From the NCBI GenBank assembly GCA_963753055.1, contig CAVWAP010000004.1, forward strand, positions 832,479 through 896,478: a stretch of DNA of 64,000 bases, in the 5' to 3' direction. The notes beneath the pieces were generated by a model. It was not told the origin of the DNA. It saw nothing but the letters and a program-made list of their open reading frames with translations, and did no database searches. The position numbers and the translations under genes are program-made. The first letter of the stretch is position 1. Every line of letters begins with the position of its first letter. Of this stretch, positions 47,446 to 56,520 are shown piece after piece. Source of the DNA: an uncultured Bacteroidales bacterium. GTDB taxonomy: Bacteria > Bacteroidota > Bacteroidia > Bacteroidales > B18-G4.

Positions 47446-49581
47446 TTAGGCTTTTATTCTTTTTCCCATAACACTGAAGCTGATTAAAAAGTTTAATCCG
47501 GCGATGATCATACAGGTTTCCACAATTCCCAACAATGGAACAAGCATCAGGGCAGTTACCAGTGAACCAACAGTCGATCCCATCAGGTCCACACCATAAG
47601 TAGAAGATGCTGCCCTGCCAACATTACCTTCCTGGAGATGCGCAGCCTGTTTGAACTGAAATCCAATCATGATCCCGGTAACCAGGCTTAGGAGGTTGAT
47701 AATAATGATGATGGCTGTTTCAGAGCCACCAGGCTTGGATAAATACTGGATCGAAAGTGGAATAAAAATGGCTAATACCCCAATACCCAGCTGAAAGAAA
47801 TAATATTTCTTTCTGCTTGGAGATATCAACTTTGGGAGGATCAATGCCCCTAAAGCCAGGCCTCCCATAAATAATGTTATTAGTAAGCCCGTCATCTGGT
47901 AAACGTAACCATAGATGGCCTGGAAACAAATAATAAGGATAAACTCTATTGAGGCTCCGCTAAAACCACTGACGAACAAGGCTTTATTTATCCCATTGGC
48001 AAAGATGATCACTGTGATAGATAATAAAATAAGGAAGATGCCTATACCCCAGAGGTTGCTTCTGAAATGACTCAGCCAGTAGCTTAACTGAATGAAGTAG
48101 GATTTTGGTGCCAGGTCATGATTGACACCCACAGAGGGTTCCAACACTTCTTGAATTTTCTCAGACCTCATGGCTGTAAGTTCCGGGATATAATAGTAAG
48201 CATTAACATATGTGTTTTCAATACCTGACTTTAGTAAATGATCAAGTATATCAAAAGATAATGTTTTGTCAGAAGCTATAAAGTAATCATTTGTGCCAGG
48301 AAAGATGATGGTATGCTCAAATACAGATTGTAAGGTATTATTCAGCGTGGAATGTGATTGTATCAGTGCCGGGCTTAAATAATTGGCTGACGAAGGGAGA
48401 TGAATAGAAAAAATTCCATTGCTTTTCAATGCCTGTCTTACTTCAAGAAAAAACTCTAATGTATAGTAGCGATTTATCTGAGCTGTTGCAGGTGCCGGCA
48501 GGTCAATGATCACAACATCATATTCATTCTTTGTGTTGCGGATATGTCTTCTTGCATCCATGGATACAGGCCTTACGTTCGGAAATGAAAGAGCCTCAGT
48601 ATAAAGCTCTCCAATTTCAATCCAGGCAGGGTTGATCTCTATGTAATCTATCTGAATATCAGTGTATTTCTGAATTTCAAGGGTGGTGCCACTGATGCCT
48701 CCGGAAACAAGCAGGACCTTTTCCGGCTGATCATGCTGGGCCATGGCGTAATGAATTATTTCCTCATTCTTTTCGACCTGGTTTGAAGAGAAATATAAAG
48801 CACCATTCTCATAAAAATTAACCTGGCCGGCTGATTCAGCTAGTACGATCTTTCCATACGGTGTTTCCTGATGTAAAATTATATCCTGACCGGGGTATTG
48901 AAGCTGTGTAATGCTATCATCAATATCAACAATTAATAACAATGGAATAACGATGATACCCATCAATATTGATAAGATTGAGAGTATGCGGAATTTTTTG
49001 GATAGTGATAAAACAAGGACTGCAGAAATATTTAACCAGAAAAGAATAAACAATGAATGGAAAGCAGGTAGAACATGGGTTAGCAACAAACTAAAGATAA
49101 GGCCACCACTTATACTTCCAAGGGCTTCAATTCCATAGACTTGCCCGATACTTCTTTGATTGGTAAATTGTGTAAGTGTTGTGCAGAATAATGTAAATAA
49201 AGCACCGGATAAAAGGCAGAATGGAACCAGCATGGTGAAGGTCAATAACCATGTTTGGCCCGGACTAAACATTACTCCCGGCTTAACCAGTCCGGTTGAT
49301 ACCAGGTACATCCCGGCTATGGTTATAACCGGCAGTATTGCAATGATCAACTGGGTGATGCTGATAAATTGCAAATTGTATTGATGCTTGCCGCTGAAAC
49401 GTCCTAAGTATGCACCGGCACCGGTCAGTAACATCCAGTTGGACAAGAGAATTCCGATCACAAGCTCATTTCCCTGAAATATATTCAAGGCTTCCCTCAG
49501 TAATACAATTTGCGTTGCCAGGGCAGTAAATCCCATGATAAATATGGCATAACGCAAAGCACTTTCAATTCTGAGGTGCAT
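47446..49581 (-). CDS. polytopic membrane protein with a central spermidine-synthase-like domain (fused MFS/spermidine synthase type)
   Basis: 711 aa. About 7 hydrophobic helices, then VLLVSGGISGTTLEI and DVVIIDLPAP (SpeE/class-I MTase fold), then about 6-7 more helices. Confidence 0.7.
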   Translation of the reverse strand: MHLRIESALRYAIFIMGFTALATQIVLLREALNIFQGNELVIGILLSNWMLLTGAGAYLGRFSGKHQYNLQFISITQLIIAILPVITIAGMYLVSTGLVKPGVMFSPGQTWLLTFTMLVPFCLLSGALFTLFCTTLTQFTNQRSIGQVYGIEALGSISGGLIFSLLLTHVLPAFHSLFILFWLNISAVLVLSLSKKFRILSILSILMGIIVIPLLLIVDIDDSITQLQYPGQDIILHQETPYGKIVLAESAGQVNFYENGALYFSSNQVEKNEEIIHYAMAQHDQPEKVLLVSGGISGTTLEIQKYTDIQIDYIEINPAWIEIGELYTEALSFPNVRPVSMDARRHIRNTKNEYDVVIIDLPAPATAQINRYYTLEFFLEVRQALKSNGIFSIHLPSSANYLSPALIQSHSTLNNTLQSVFEHTIIFPGTNDYFIASDKTLSFDILDHLLKSGIENTYVNAYYYIPELTAMRSEKIQEVLEPSVGVNHDLAPKSYFIQLSYWLSHFRSNLWGIGIFLILLSITVIIFANGINKALFVSGFSGASIEFILIICFQAIYGYVYQMTGLLITLFMGGLALGALILPKLISPSRKKYYFFQLGIGVLAIFIPLSIQYLSKPGGSETAIIIIINLLSLVTGIMIGFQFKQAAHLQEGNVGRAASSTYGVDLMGSTVGSLVTALMLVPLLGIVETCMIIAGLNFLISFSVMGKRIKA

Positions 49582-49585
49582 TTTG

Positions 49586-49593
49586 TATATTTG
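49586..49593 (+). promoter_or_regulatory. -7 box TATATTTG for the Memo-AMMECR1 gene
   Basis: Matches TAnnTTTG, 29 nt upstream of ATG 49623, inside the 41-nt divergent spacer. Confidence 0.4.
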
Positions 49594-49622
49594 TTAATGG
49601 GGAATGTATATATACGAAATTA

Positions 49623-51143
49623 ATGAAATTTATGTGTAAGGTAAAATATATCCTTCTTATGATCACAGGTTTATTGTTCTTTGACGGCAGCCATGCCCAG
49701 GATAAAGGTGATGAAATTGCCCTGCAAAACAGAAAAGCGGTAGTTGCCGGCCAGTTTTATGACTCAGACCCTACGACTTTAAAAGCCAGCTTGAAACAGA
49801 TGTTCTCTGAAGCAGAACCTAAAAAATATGATAATGTGAAAGCTATTATCACTCCGCATGCGGGTTATGTTTTTTCAGGTGAAGTGGCAGCATCAAGCTT
49901 CAACCAGGTTGATGAAGAGGTGAGATATGATAATGTTTTTATCCTGGCTTCCAGTCACCGCATTGCTTTTAATGGGGCATCTATCTATAATGCAGGACAT
50001 TATGAAACACCTCTCGGAACAGTTAAGGTAAACCTGAGTCTTGCAAAAGAGTTAATCAAAGAGAACAGGGTGTTTACTTTCCGGGATGATGCCCATAGCT
50101 CAGAGCATAGTCTGGAAGTCCAGCTACCGTTTTTGCAATACAAGCTAAAAAATGAATTTCAGATCATCCCGATAGTTATTGGTACGCAGGACCCGGCAAC
50201 CTGTAAGGATATTGCCAGGGTGCTTAAGCCATATTTTAAGGGCAATAACTTATTTGTGATCAGTACCGACTTCTCACATTATCCTTCATATGAAGATGCT
50301 CAGATTGTAGATCATCTTACTGCAGATGCTATCGTATCAAAAGATCCGGATAAATTTTTACTGACCCTTGATAATAATGCTTCAAAGGGTATTGACAACC
50401 TGGTTACCAGCTGCTGTGGCTGGAGTTCTACTCTGAGCTTGCTTTATATGGTTGCTGACAGCCCTGACTATGAGCTTCATAAAGTCCAATACAAAAACTC
50501 GGGCGATGCTCAGTATTATGGAGATAAAGACAGGGTGGTTGGCTATTATTCCATCGTCGTTACGGGTCCGCAGGGTCAGCCATCAGGTGATGCTGACTTT
50601 AATCTGTCGAAGCAGGATGAGGACGATCTTCTGGCTATTGCCAGGAAAACATTGGAAGAGTATATCAGGAATGACAAAATACCATCTATTGATGAAACCG
50701 CCCTCTCTTCAAATATTAAAGAGCATTGCGGGGCTTTTGTATCACTGTATAAAGACAAGCATTTGCGTGGCTGCATCGGCCGTTTCAAGGTTGAAGAACC
50801 ATTATACCGGATCGTTCAGCAAATGACCATCGCATCAGCTACACAGGATTACCGCTTCCCAAGGGTGAATGAAACTGAGATCGAAAACCTGGATATCGAA
50901 ATCTCTGTCCTGACACCTATGCGTAAAATCAGCTCTATCGATGAAATTGAAATGGGCAAACATGGGATCTATATTAAAAAAGGCAGCGCCTCAGGAACAT
51001 TCTTGCCCCAGGTAGGATCACAGACTGGCTGGACCAAGGAAGAATATCTTGGCCATTGTGCAAAGGACAAAGCAAGGATAGGGTGGGATGGATGGAAGGA
51101 TGCTGAAATTTATATTTATGAAGCACTCGTCTTCGGCGAATAA
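49623..51143 (+). CDS. fusion of AmmeMemoRadiSam protein B (Memo-like) and protein A (AMMECR1-like) with a Sec-type signal peptide
   Basis: 506 aa. MKFMCKVKYILLMITGLLFFDGSHAQ leader. Memo motifs AGQFYDSDP, ITPHAGYVFSG, HSLEVQLPFL. AMMECR1 motif CGAFVSLYKDKHLRGCIGRF. Confidence 0.85.
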   Translation: MKFMCKVKYILLMITGLLFFDGSHAQDKGDEIALQNRKAVVAGQFYDSDPTTLKASLKQMFSEAEPKKYDNVKAIITPHAGYVFSGEVAASSFNQVDEEVRYDNVFILASSHRIAFNGASIYNAGHYETPLGTVKVNLSLAKELIKENRVFTFRDDAHSSEHSLEVQLPFLQYKLKNEFQIIPIVIGTQDPATCKDIARVLKPYFKGNNLFVISTDFSHYPSYEDAQIVDHLTADAIVSKDPDKFLLTLDNNASKGIDNLVTSCCGWSSTLSLLYMVADSPDYELHKVQYKNSGDAQYYGDKDRVVGYYSIVVTGPQGQPSGDADFNLSKQDEDDLLAIARKTLEEYIRNDKIPSIDETALSSNIKEHCGAFVSLYKDKHLRGCIGRFKVEEPLYRIVQQMTIASATQDYRFPRVNETEIENLDIEISVLTPMRKISSIDEIEMGKHGIYIKKGSASGTFLPQVGSQTGWTKEEYLGHCAKDKARIGWDGWKDAEIYIYEALVFGE

Positions 51144-51185
51144 TAACCACTAACCCCTGCCTACGCAGGGGCAGGCCACTAACCA
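51144..51185. repeat. six heptads exactly filling a stop-to-stop gap, with palindromic core copy 4
   Basis: TAACCAC TAACCCC TGCCTAC GCAGGGG CAGGCCA CTAACCA lies between TAA (51141-51143) and the complement TAG (51186-51188). Stem CCCCTGC/GCAGGGG at 51154-51171. Confidence 0.9.
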
Positions 51186-54044
51186 CTACCTCCCACATAT
51201 CCTGATATAAGGACAGTACTTACAATTTTCTAATTCTTCTGTTTGACTAAATGAATTGTTCGGATCGAAGATCTTTTCAAGGATTGAGATAATAACATTT
51301 ACCACAAGTGTTTTTTCTTCTTGATTGATTTCCAGTATCTTGCTCTTGAGTTTTATAGGCAGCAAACCCTGGCTTGATTTAGGCACAGATAGAATTCCTG
51401 CATTGCAGGTGACTGTTTTATCCGGATTGTTTTGGAGATAGAGGTAGGAGTATATTAATAATTGCAAAGCCTGGGCATAATTGGCATCATGCTCAAGGTC
51501 CTCCCAGTCCTTGATGTTCAAGTGTGTTGGATTGACCATCCCTGTTTTGTAGTCCATAACCAGGATATGACCATCCAGCTCATCTACCCTGTCAATAGTG
51601 CCTTTGATCAGGATTGGCAGTGAGCCATTTCCTGTTTCAATATTTATATTGCTGGTGAACCGCTCTTCCAGGTACCTGATGATCCACGACTGACTTTTAC
51701 CTCCGGTCTTATCGAAGATATCTGCATGCACCATGCGCTTGATCCACTGGACGGCTACCCGGGTGATAAGATAATTCTTGCCGTAGTCAGTATCACCGCC
51801 CGTATAATATTGCCGGAATGCAAGGTGGACTTCCTTTTCTATTTCCTTTTCGTTTATTTTAATCTTATCCCTTTGCAGTTGCTGATTGATGTATGGAGTT
51901 ATCAGCTTTTTGAGAGCCTGGTGGACAACGCTCCCCATAGTAGCAGCATCAATGCTTTCATCAATTTCCTCCGGCTCACTAAGCCCCAGTATTTCAGTGA
52001 AATAGAACTTAAGCGGACAGCGGATATACAGGTTGATAGAGCTTGGGGAAAAGCCTTTTTCAGCCTTGGATTTTAGTTTATCTATGATGCTGGCATCCTT
52101 TGGGATCTCTATTGGAGCTGGCAGTTCATTTCTTACATCGCTGCCTAGCAGATGCTCACTGATCTGGATCCCAGGATTATATTTTGGCATCTCATACATG
52201 AGTTGAGTGATAAACCTTGACTTATCACCTCCACCGAGTTCATCAGCTTCGGTGTTGTAGACCAGTGTGATGTCTTTTGCACGCTGGGTCAGCCGGTAAA
52301 AATGGTAAGCGAAAATTGCATCCTTTTCTCGATATGTGGGTAGCTTAAATTCCCTGCGAATATCAAACGGAATAAAACTTTGATAGTTCTTGCCTGTTGG
52401 CAGGATGCCCTCATTGGCAGATAACAGTATTATTTTTTCAAAGTCAAGCGCCCTGGTTTCCAGCATTCCCATGATCTGAATCCCTTCAAGGGGCTCTCCG
52501 TAGAAGGGCAGGGATGACATACTGAGAATATTGTTGAATACTTTTCGTAAAGTTTTTGTGCCTATTTCCAACTTGTAAGTTTCCAGGATATTAACCAGGT
52601 TTGTAATGGCTTTTGAGAAGGCATATAAGTATTCAAACTCAAGTTTCTGATCCTCCTCAGTCTCTTCCTTTTTCAATATAAAAACATCACGCAGGCATTG
52701 AATGATCTCCATCATACTTCTCATTGCTGACACGGGGTCCTCCCAGGTTCTAAAGATCAGTGAAAAGTATGCCATGGTATATGTACCGGCATTCTCCAAC
52801 TGGCCTAATAATGCCCCTGGTGTTATAAAAACCTGGTTGGATTGAGTAAGTTGCACAATGAATGATGATATCTCAAAGGCACTTTTATCAATAAGATCCA
52901 GTGACCTGGAATAAGGATGTTTTAGAATGTTGAGCAGGTCACGCGTTAAAAACCTTTCCTGATCATGATTCTGTAAACGCCTGATCCTTTCTGCATTCTC
53001 ATGCAATGACATGATAGATTCAAGAAGTGCATACAATGGAGTGTGCTCCAGCCCCAGGCCCATGGTAACATTGAATGCACGAACGCTGGAAGGAATGGAA
53101 TTCAACATGGGGAGAAGTAATGCCTCGTCTGCCAGTACAATGGCTGTACTGTAATGAGAAGCAGCATCCCCGGGTATCCCGGAAATCAATTCCCCTGTGA
53201 TCTTTACCTGCCCGGCGGTCTTTGGTACTCCAATAACCTCGATTTTTTTCTTGCCCTCTTTGAACGCATTATCAACCCAGTTGAACCCGGTGAGGTTCCA
53301 TTGTCTTTTATAATTCCGTAGAAACTTTCCTGCCTCCTGGATCTCATTGTCCATGTAATAAGCATCAGTATCCCACAGCACCTCTGCCTGCCCGGTCCTG
53401 ATCATGGTCCTGATTATCTTTTCTTCCGAAGCCGTTAATGCATTAAATCCAATAAAAATGATCTTATGGTATTTCTCTGTCCACCTTTGATCCGCAATAC
53501 TATCCGCGGCATTTTTAGAGACCAGGCCCTGGTAGCCTTGCTTTTGCTCCAGTAAATTACTGGTAAACAGTTTGTAGTAATCAATCAAAGAGTTAAAGAA
53601 TCGCAGGTAATTCAGTTCAAACTCAGTGAGCGGTTCCTCTCCCAGGGTCCATTTGTCTATTACTTTCGTTTCACTCAGGTAGGAATACAGACTGTCAGCC
53701 TCAACGAGATACTGGTCAATATCATTGAAATCAGCGATCAACACATTACCCCATCTGATAAACTGGTCAAAGGTCTGGGCATTCTCTTTTTCAATGTTTT
53801 GATGTACCCTGTACAATTGAAATATCAAGTTTGTATTGTCGATGATCCTCAGTCCTGATAACTGTTCAGCAACTTCTTCAATAGTATAAAAAACTGGTGC
53901 AAAAAACGGTTGATCTATATGCTTTGCGAGGTGGTTCTTGAGAAATAATGATGCCCTTTTGTTTGGCAGCACAATACATAAAGACGACAGCTGATCCTCA
54001 TAGTGCTTGAGTATAAATTCTGCCGATCTCTCTAAGAATGTCAT
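51186..54044 (-). CDS. AddB-like PD-(D/E)XK nuclease family protein
   Basis: 952 aa. C-terminal nuclease region with DRVDELDGHILVMDYKTG and terminal Cys cluster ...CKYCPYIRICGR, as in AddB/Cas4-type Fe-S nucleases. No adjacent UvrD/AddA-like helicase in the window. Confidence 0.65.
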   Translation of the reverse strand: MTFLERSAEFILKHYEDQLSSLCIVLPNKRASLFLKNHLAKHIDQPFFAPVFYTIEEVAEQLSGLRIIDNTNLIFQLYRVHQNIEKENAQTFDQFIRWGNVLIADFNDIDQYLVEADSLYSYLSETKVIDKWTLGEEPLTEFELNYLRFFNSLIDYYKLFTSNLLEQKQGYQGLVSKNAADSIADQRWTEKYHKIIFIGFNALTASEEKIIRTMIRTGQAEVLWDTDAYYMDNEIQEAGKFLRNYKRQWNLTGFNWVDNAFKEGKKKIEVIGVPKTAGQVKITGELISGIPGDAASHYSTAIVLADEALLLPMLNSIPSSVRAFNVTMGLGLEHTPLYALLESIMSLHENAERIRRLQNHDQERFLTRDLLNILKHPYSRSLDLIDKSAFEISSFIVQLTQSNQVFITPGALLGQLENAGTYTMAYFSLIFRTWEDPVSAMRSMMEIIQCLRDVFILKKEETEEDQKLEFEYLYAFSKAITNLVNILETYKLEIGTKTLRKVFNNILSMSSLPFYGEPLEGIQIMGMLETRALDFEKIILLSANEGILPTGKNYQSFIPFDIRREFKLPTYREKDAIFAYHFYRLTQRAKDITLVYNTEADELGGGDKSRFITQLMYEMPKYNPGIQISEHLLGSDVRNELPAPIEIPKDASIIDKLKSKAEKGFSPSSINLYIRCPLKFYFTEILGLSEPEEIDESIDAATMGSVVHQALKKLITPYINQQLQRDKIKINEKEIEKEVHLAFRQYYTGGDTDYGKNYLITRVAVQWIKRMVHADIFDKTGGKSQSWIIRYLEERFTSNINIETGNGSLPILIKGTIDRVDELDGHILVMDYKTGMVNPTHLNIKDWEDLEHDANYAQALQLLIYSYLYLQNNPDKTVTCNAGILSVPKSSQGLLPIKLKSKILEINQEEKTLVVNVIISILEKIFDPNNSFSQTEELENCKYCPYIRICGR

Positions 54045-54087
54045 AAAATTTATAATTCTGTATTGTGTATGTGCCGGTTTCGAGTTA

Positions 54088-54804
54088 TTACAATAGTGAT
54101 TCAGCCTTTTTGAGTCCCTCTGCTGTGCCTAAATCAACAAAATATCCTTCCGTATGCTCGAATCCTATAATCTTTTCCTGGTTTGCGATTTCAAGATACC
54201 TGTTAATAATACGGGCTGGCCTGGCCTCTTTAAGAAAATCAAAAATGCGTGGATCAATCACATGGATCCCACTGAAAGCTAATTTCTTAAGAGGAACAGC
54301 GGGCTTATCAACCAGGATGGTCTCTTTAGTCTTTTCGTTTAACCAACCATTCAATGTCATTTTCTCGTCAAACAGCAAGTACCGGGAAGAAGTCCTGTTT
54401 CTTACAGCCAGTGTTACCAACGGATTGTACTTTTGATGATCCTTGATCATCCTGGAAAGGTCGATATCTGAAAAGATGTCGACATTGTGGACCAGGAAGG
54501 GGCGGCTGCCATCAAGGAACCATTTTGCATTGGCAAGGCCTCCGGCAGTATCCAGCAGATCTTCATCTTCATGTGAAAAGGCTATTTCAATACCGAAATT
54601 GCTGTTCTCCTCTATATAAGCTTTGATTTGATCCGGGAAATGATGAATATTGATGATAATCTGATCAATTCCAATTGATTTAAGCCGTTGGATTAGCCTC
54701 CCCAACATGGGTATGCCTGATACAGCGATCAATGCTTTTGGCTTCTGGGCGGTCAAAGGCTGAAGCCTGGTACCCAAACCAGCTGCAAAGATCATCGCTT
54801 TCAT
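54088..54804 (-). CDS. murU: sugar-1-phosphate nucleotidyltransferase, MurU-like
   Basis: 238 aa. MKAMIFAAGLGTRLQPLTAQKPKALI signature G-x-G-T-R-L. Downstream of the AmgK-like kinase. Confidence 0.7.
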   Translation of the reverse strand: MKAMIFAAGLGTRLQPLTAQKPKALIAVSGIPMLGRLIQRLKSIGIDQIIINIHHFPDQIKAYIEENSNFGIEIAFSHEDEDLLDTAGGLANAKWFLDGSRPFLVHNVDIFSDIDLSRMIKDHQKYNPLVTLAVRNRTSSRYLLFDEKMTLNGWLNEKTKETILVDKPAVPLKKLAFSGIHVIDPRIFDFLKEARPARIINRYLEIANQEKIIGFEHTEGYFVDLGTAEGLKKAESLL

Positions 54805-54944
54805 GATGTTGTGGCTTTTTTGGGTTTACAAAGGTGTTTTTCTTTTCTGGCAGATGACCCGCATGACTTGCACTCGAACCTGATTGCTTTGGCTTCCTTT
54901 TTCCCCTTTTTCTTTTCTGCTTCCTTGCATTTCTTAGTTGCCAT
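54801..54944 (-). CDS. unannotated 47-codon Lys/Cys-rich small ORF
   Basis: MATKKCKEAEKKKGKKEAKAIRFECKSCGSSARKEKHLCKPKKATTS. Its TGA overlaps the murU ATG (ATGA, 54801-54804). Below the 60-aa cutoff of the ORF track. Confidence 0.4.
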   Translation of the reverse strand: MATKKCKEAEKKKGKKEAKAIRFECKSCGSSARKEKHLCKPKKATTS

Positions 54945-54967
54945 AGTTCTGGTCTTGTCTTATTTTC

Positions 54968-56392
54968 TTATGAGAGTTCTTTATGCACTAAATTAACCTT
55001 AACAGGGAAGTTTTGTTCAAGGAATGACTTTGTTTTTTCCGCACAGAATACAGACCTGTGCTGGCCTCCTGTACATCCAAAATTAACCATCAGATCCATA
55101 AAACCTCTTTGTAAATAATTATCAATGGATTGCCTGAGGATATCGTTTACTGAGCTTAGGAATCCATTCACCTCATCCTGTTTTTCAAGATAGTCCTGAA
55201 CAGGTTTATCCCGACCCGTTAACTCTTTGTATTCCTCTAACCTGCCTGGATTGGGTAAGATCCTGCAATCAAAAACAAAGCCACCTCCATTGCCCGACAT
55301 GTCTATCGGTATGCCCTGCTTATAAGAAAAACTATACAATGAAATTGTGAATATCTGCTTTTTGGATTCTTGATTGTCAGGATAACCCTTAAATTTCTTG
55401 GAGACTTCTGTTAATACCCTGTTCAGTTCAGGTAGCTTGATTTCAAGGTCAACCTGATTTAATAGCCAGTTAAAATTATTAACCGCATAGGGTATACTGT
55501 TGATAAAATGTGGTTTTCTCTCAAATAATCCTCTTAAACCATATGCCCCCATGACCTGCAGCATCCTGAGTAGCACAAATCCATAATAGTACTTTTTGAA
55601 CCTGTTATTGTCCAGGGGTATGATTTTGCCGGCCTGATCCAGGTAATAATCCAATAACTGCTCCCGGATTTCAAATGGAATATCTGCTTTAACCTGGAAT
55701 AGTAATGATGCCAGGTCGTACTGCAGGGGTCCCTTTCTTCCTCCCTGGTAGTCAATGAAATGTGGTTTTTCGTTCCGGATCATGATGTTCCTGGCCTGGA
55801 AATCCCTGTAAATGAAGAAATCTTTATTTTCTTCCAGTAAAAAAGAAATCAGGGCCTGAAAATCAGCCTCTAGAAGCTTTTCATCAAACGCTGTCCCGGC
55901 CAGCTTGAGGAAATTATACTTGAAGTAATTAAGATCCCAGGTGATTGACTGACGGTCAAATACCGGACTTGGATAGCAAACACTATAATCAAGGTCCTTG
56001 CCCGCAATAAGCTGAAATATGATAAGCTTATCAATCACTTGCTGGTACAAGCCTAACAAATTATTATCAAAGCCTTCGAGATTTTTTGAATTTAAAACCA
56101 GGTCAAAAAGTGTGAGATCGCCCAGGTCTTCTAATAAATAAACACCCTGTTCCAGGTCTTCCATGATAATTTCAGGAACCGGTAAACCATGCTTCATGAA
56201 ATGATGAGTAAAGGTAATGAATGCTCTGTTTTCCTGGGCATTAGGATGATATGCTCCTATGACAGTTTCCTGGTTATCAGACATCCGGAAGTACTCCCGG
56301 TTCGATCCCGATGTCTGCAACCTGTTCACCTGGGAGGGTTCATGCCCTTTCCAGCGTTGAAAAAGATCTGTGACTAATGCTTGTGATTCCAA
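54968..56392 (-). CDS. AmgK-like anomeric sugar kinase (APH fold) fused to a RapZ C-terminal-like domain
   Basis: 474 aa. N-part has SGSNREYFR, YRDFQARNIMI, FIDYQGGRKGPLQYDLASLL (AmgK pattern). Residues ~346-474 have SFSYKQGIPID...FVFDCRILPNPGR...LTGRDKPVQDYL...FGCTGGQHRSV. Compare E. coli RapZ SFGFKHGIPID...FVFDVRFLPNPHW...MTGLDKPVAAFL...IGCTGGKHRSV. Confidence 0.75.
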   Translation of the reverse strand: MESQALVTDLFQRWKGHEPSQVNRLQTSGSNREYFRMSDNQETVIGAYHPNAQENRAFITFTHHFMKHGLPVPEIIMEDLEQGVYLLEDLGDLTLFDLVLNSKNLEGFDNNLLGLYQQVIDKLIIFQLIAGKDLDYSVCYPSPVFDRQSITWDLNYFKYNFLKLAGTAFDEKLLEADFQALISFLLEENKDFFIYRDFQARNIMIRNEKPHFIDYQGGRKGPLQYDLASLLFQVKADIPFEIREQLLDYYLDQAGKIIPLDNNRFKKYYYGFVLLRMLQVMGAYGLRGLFERKPHFINSIPYAVNNFNWLLNQVDLEIKLPELNRVLTEVSKKFKGYPDNQESKKQIFTISLYSFSYKQGIPIDMSGNGGGFVFDCRILPNPGRLEEYKELTGRDKPVQDYLEKQDEVNGFLSSVNDILRQSIDNYLQRGFMDLMVNFGCTGGQHRSVFCAEKTKSFLEQNFPVKVNLVHKELS

Positions 56393-56520
56393 AAATCTGG
56401 GTGTTATTCAGGAACAAAAATAATGAAAAAGCACATTGATAGGGCCGGTATTATCGTAAGCAATAAACAAATTTCATTTATATTTGTCTACTTGATAAAA
56501 CAATCCTATAAACATTTCAC

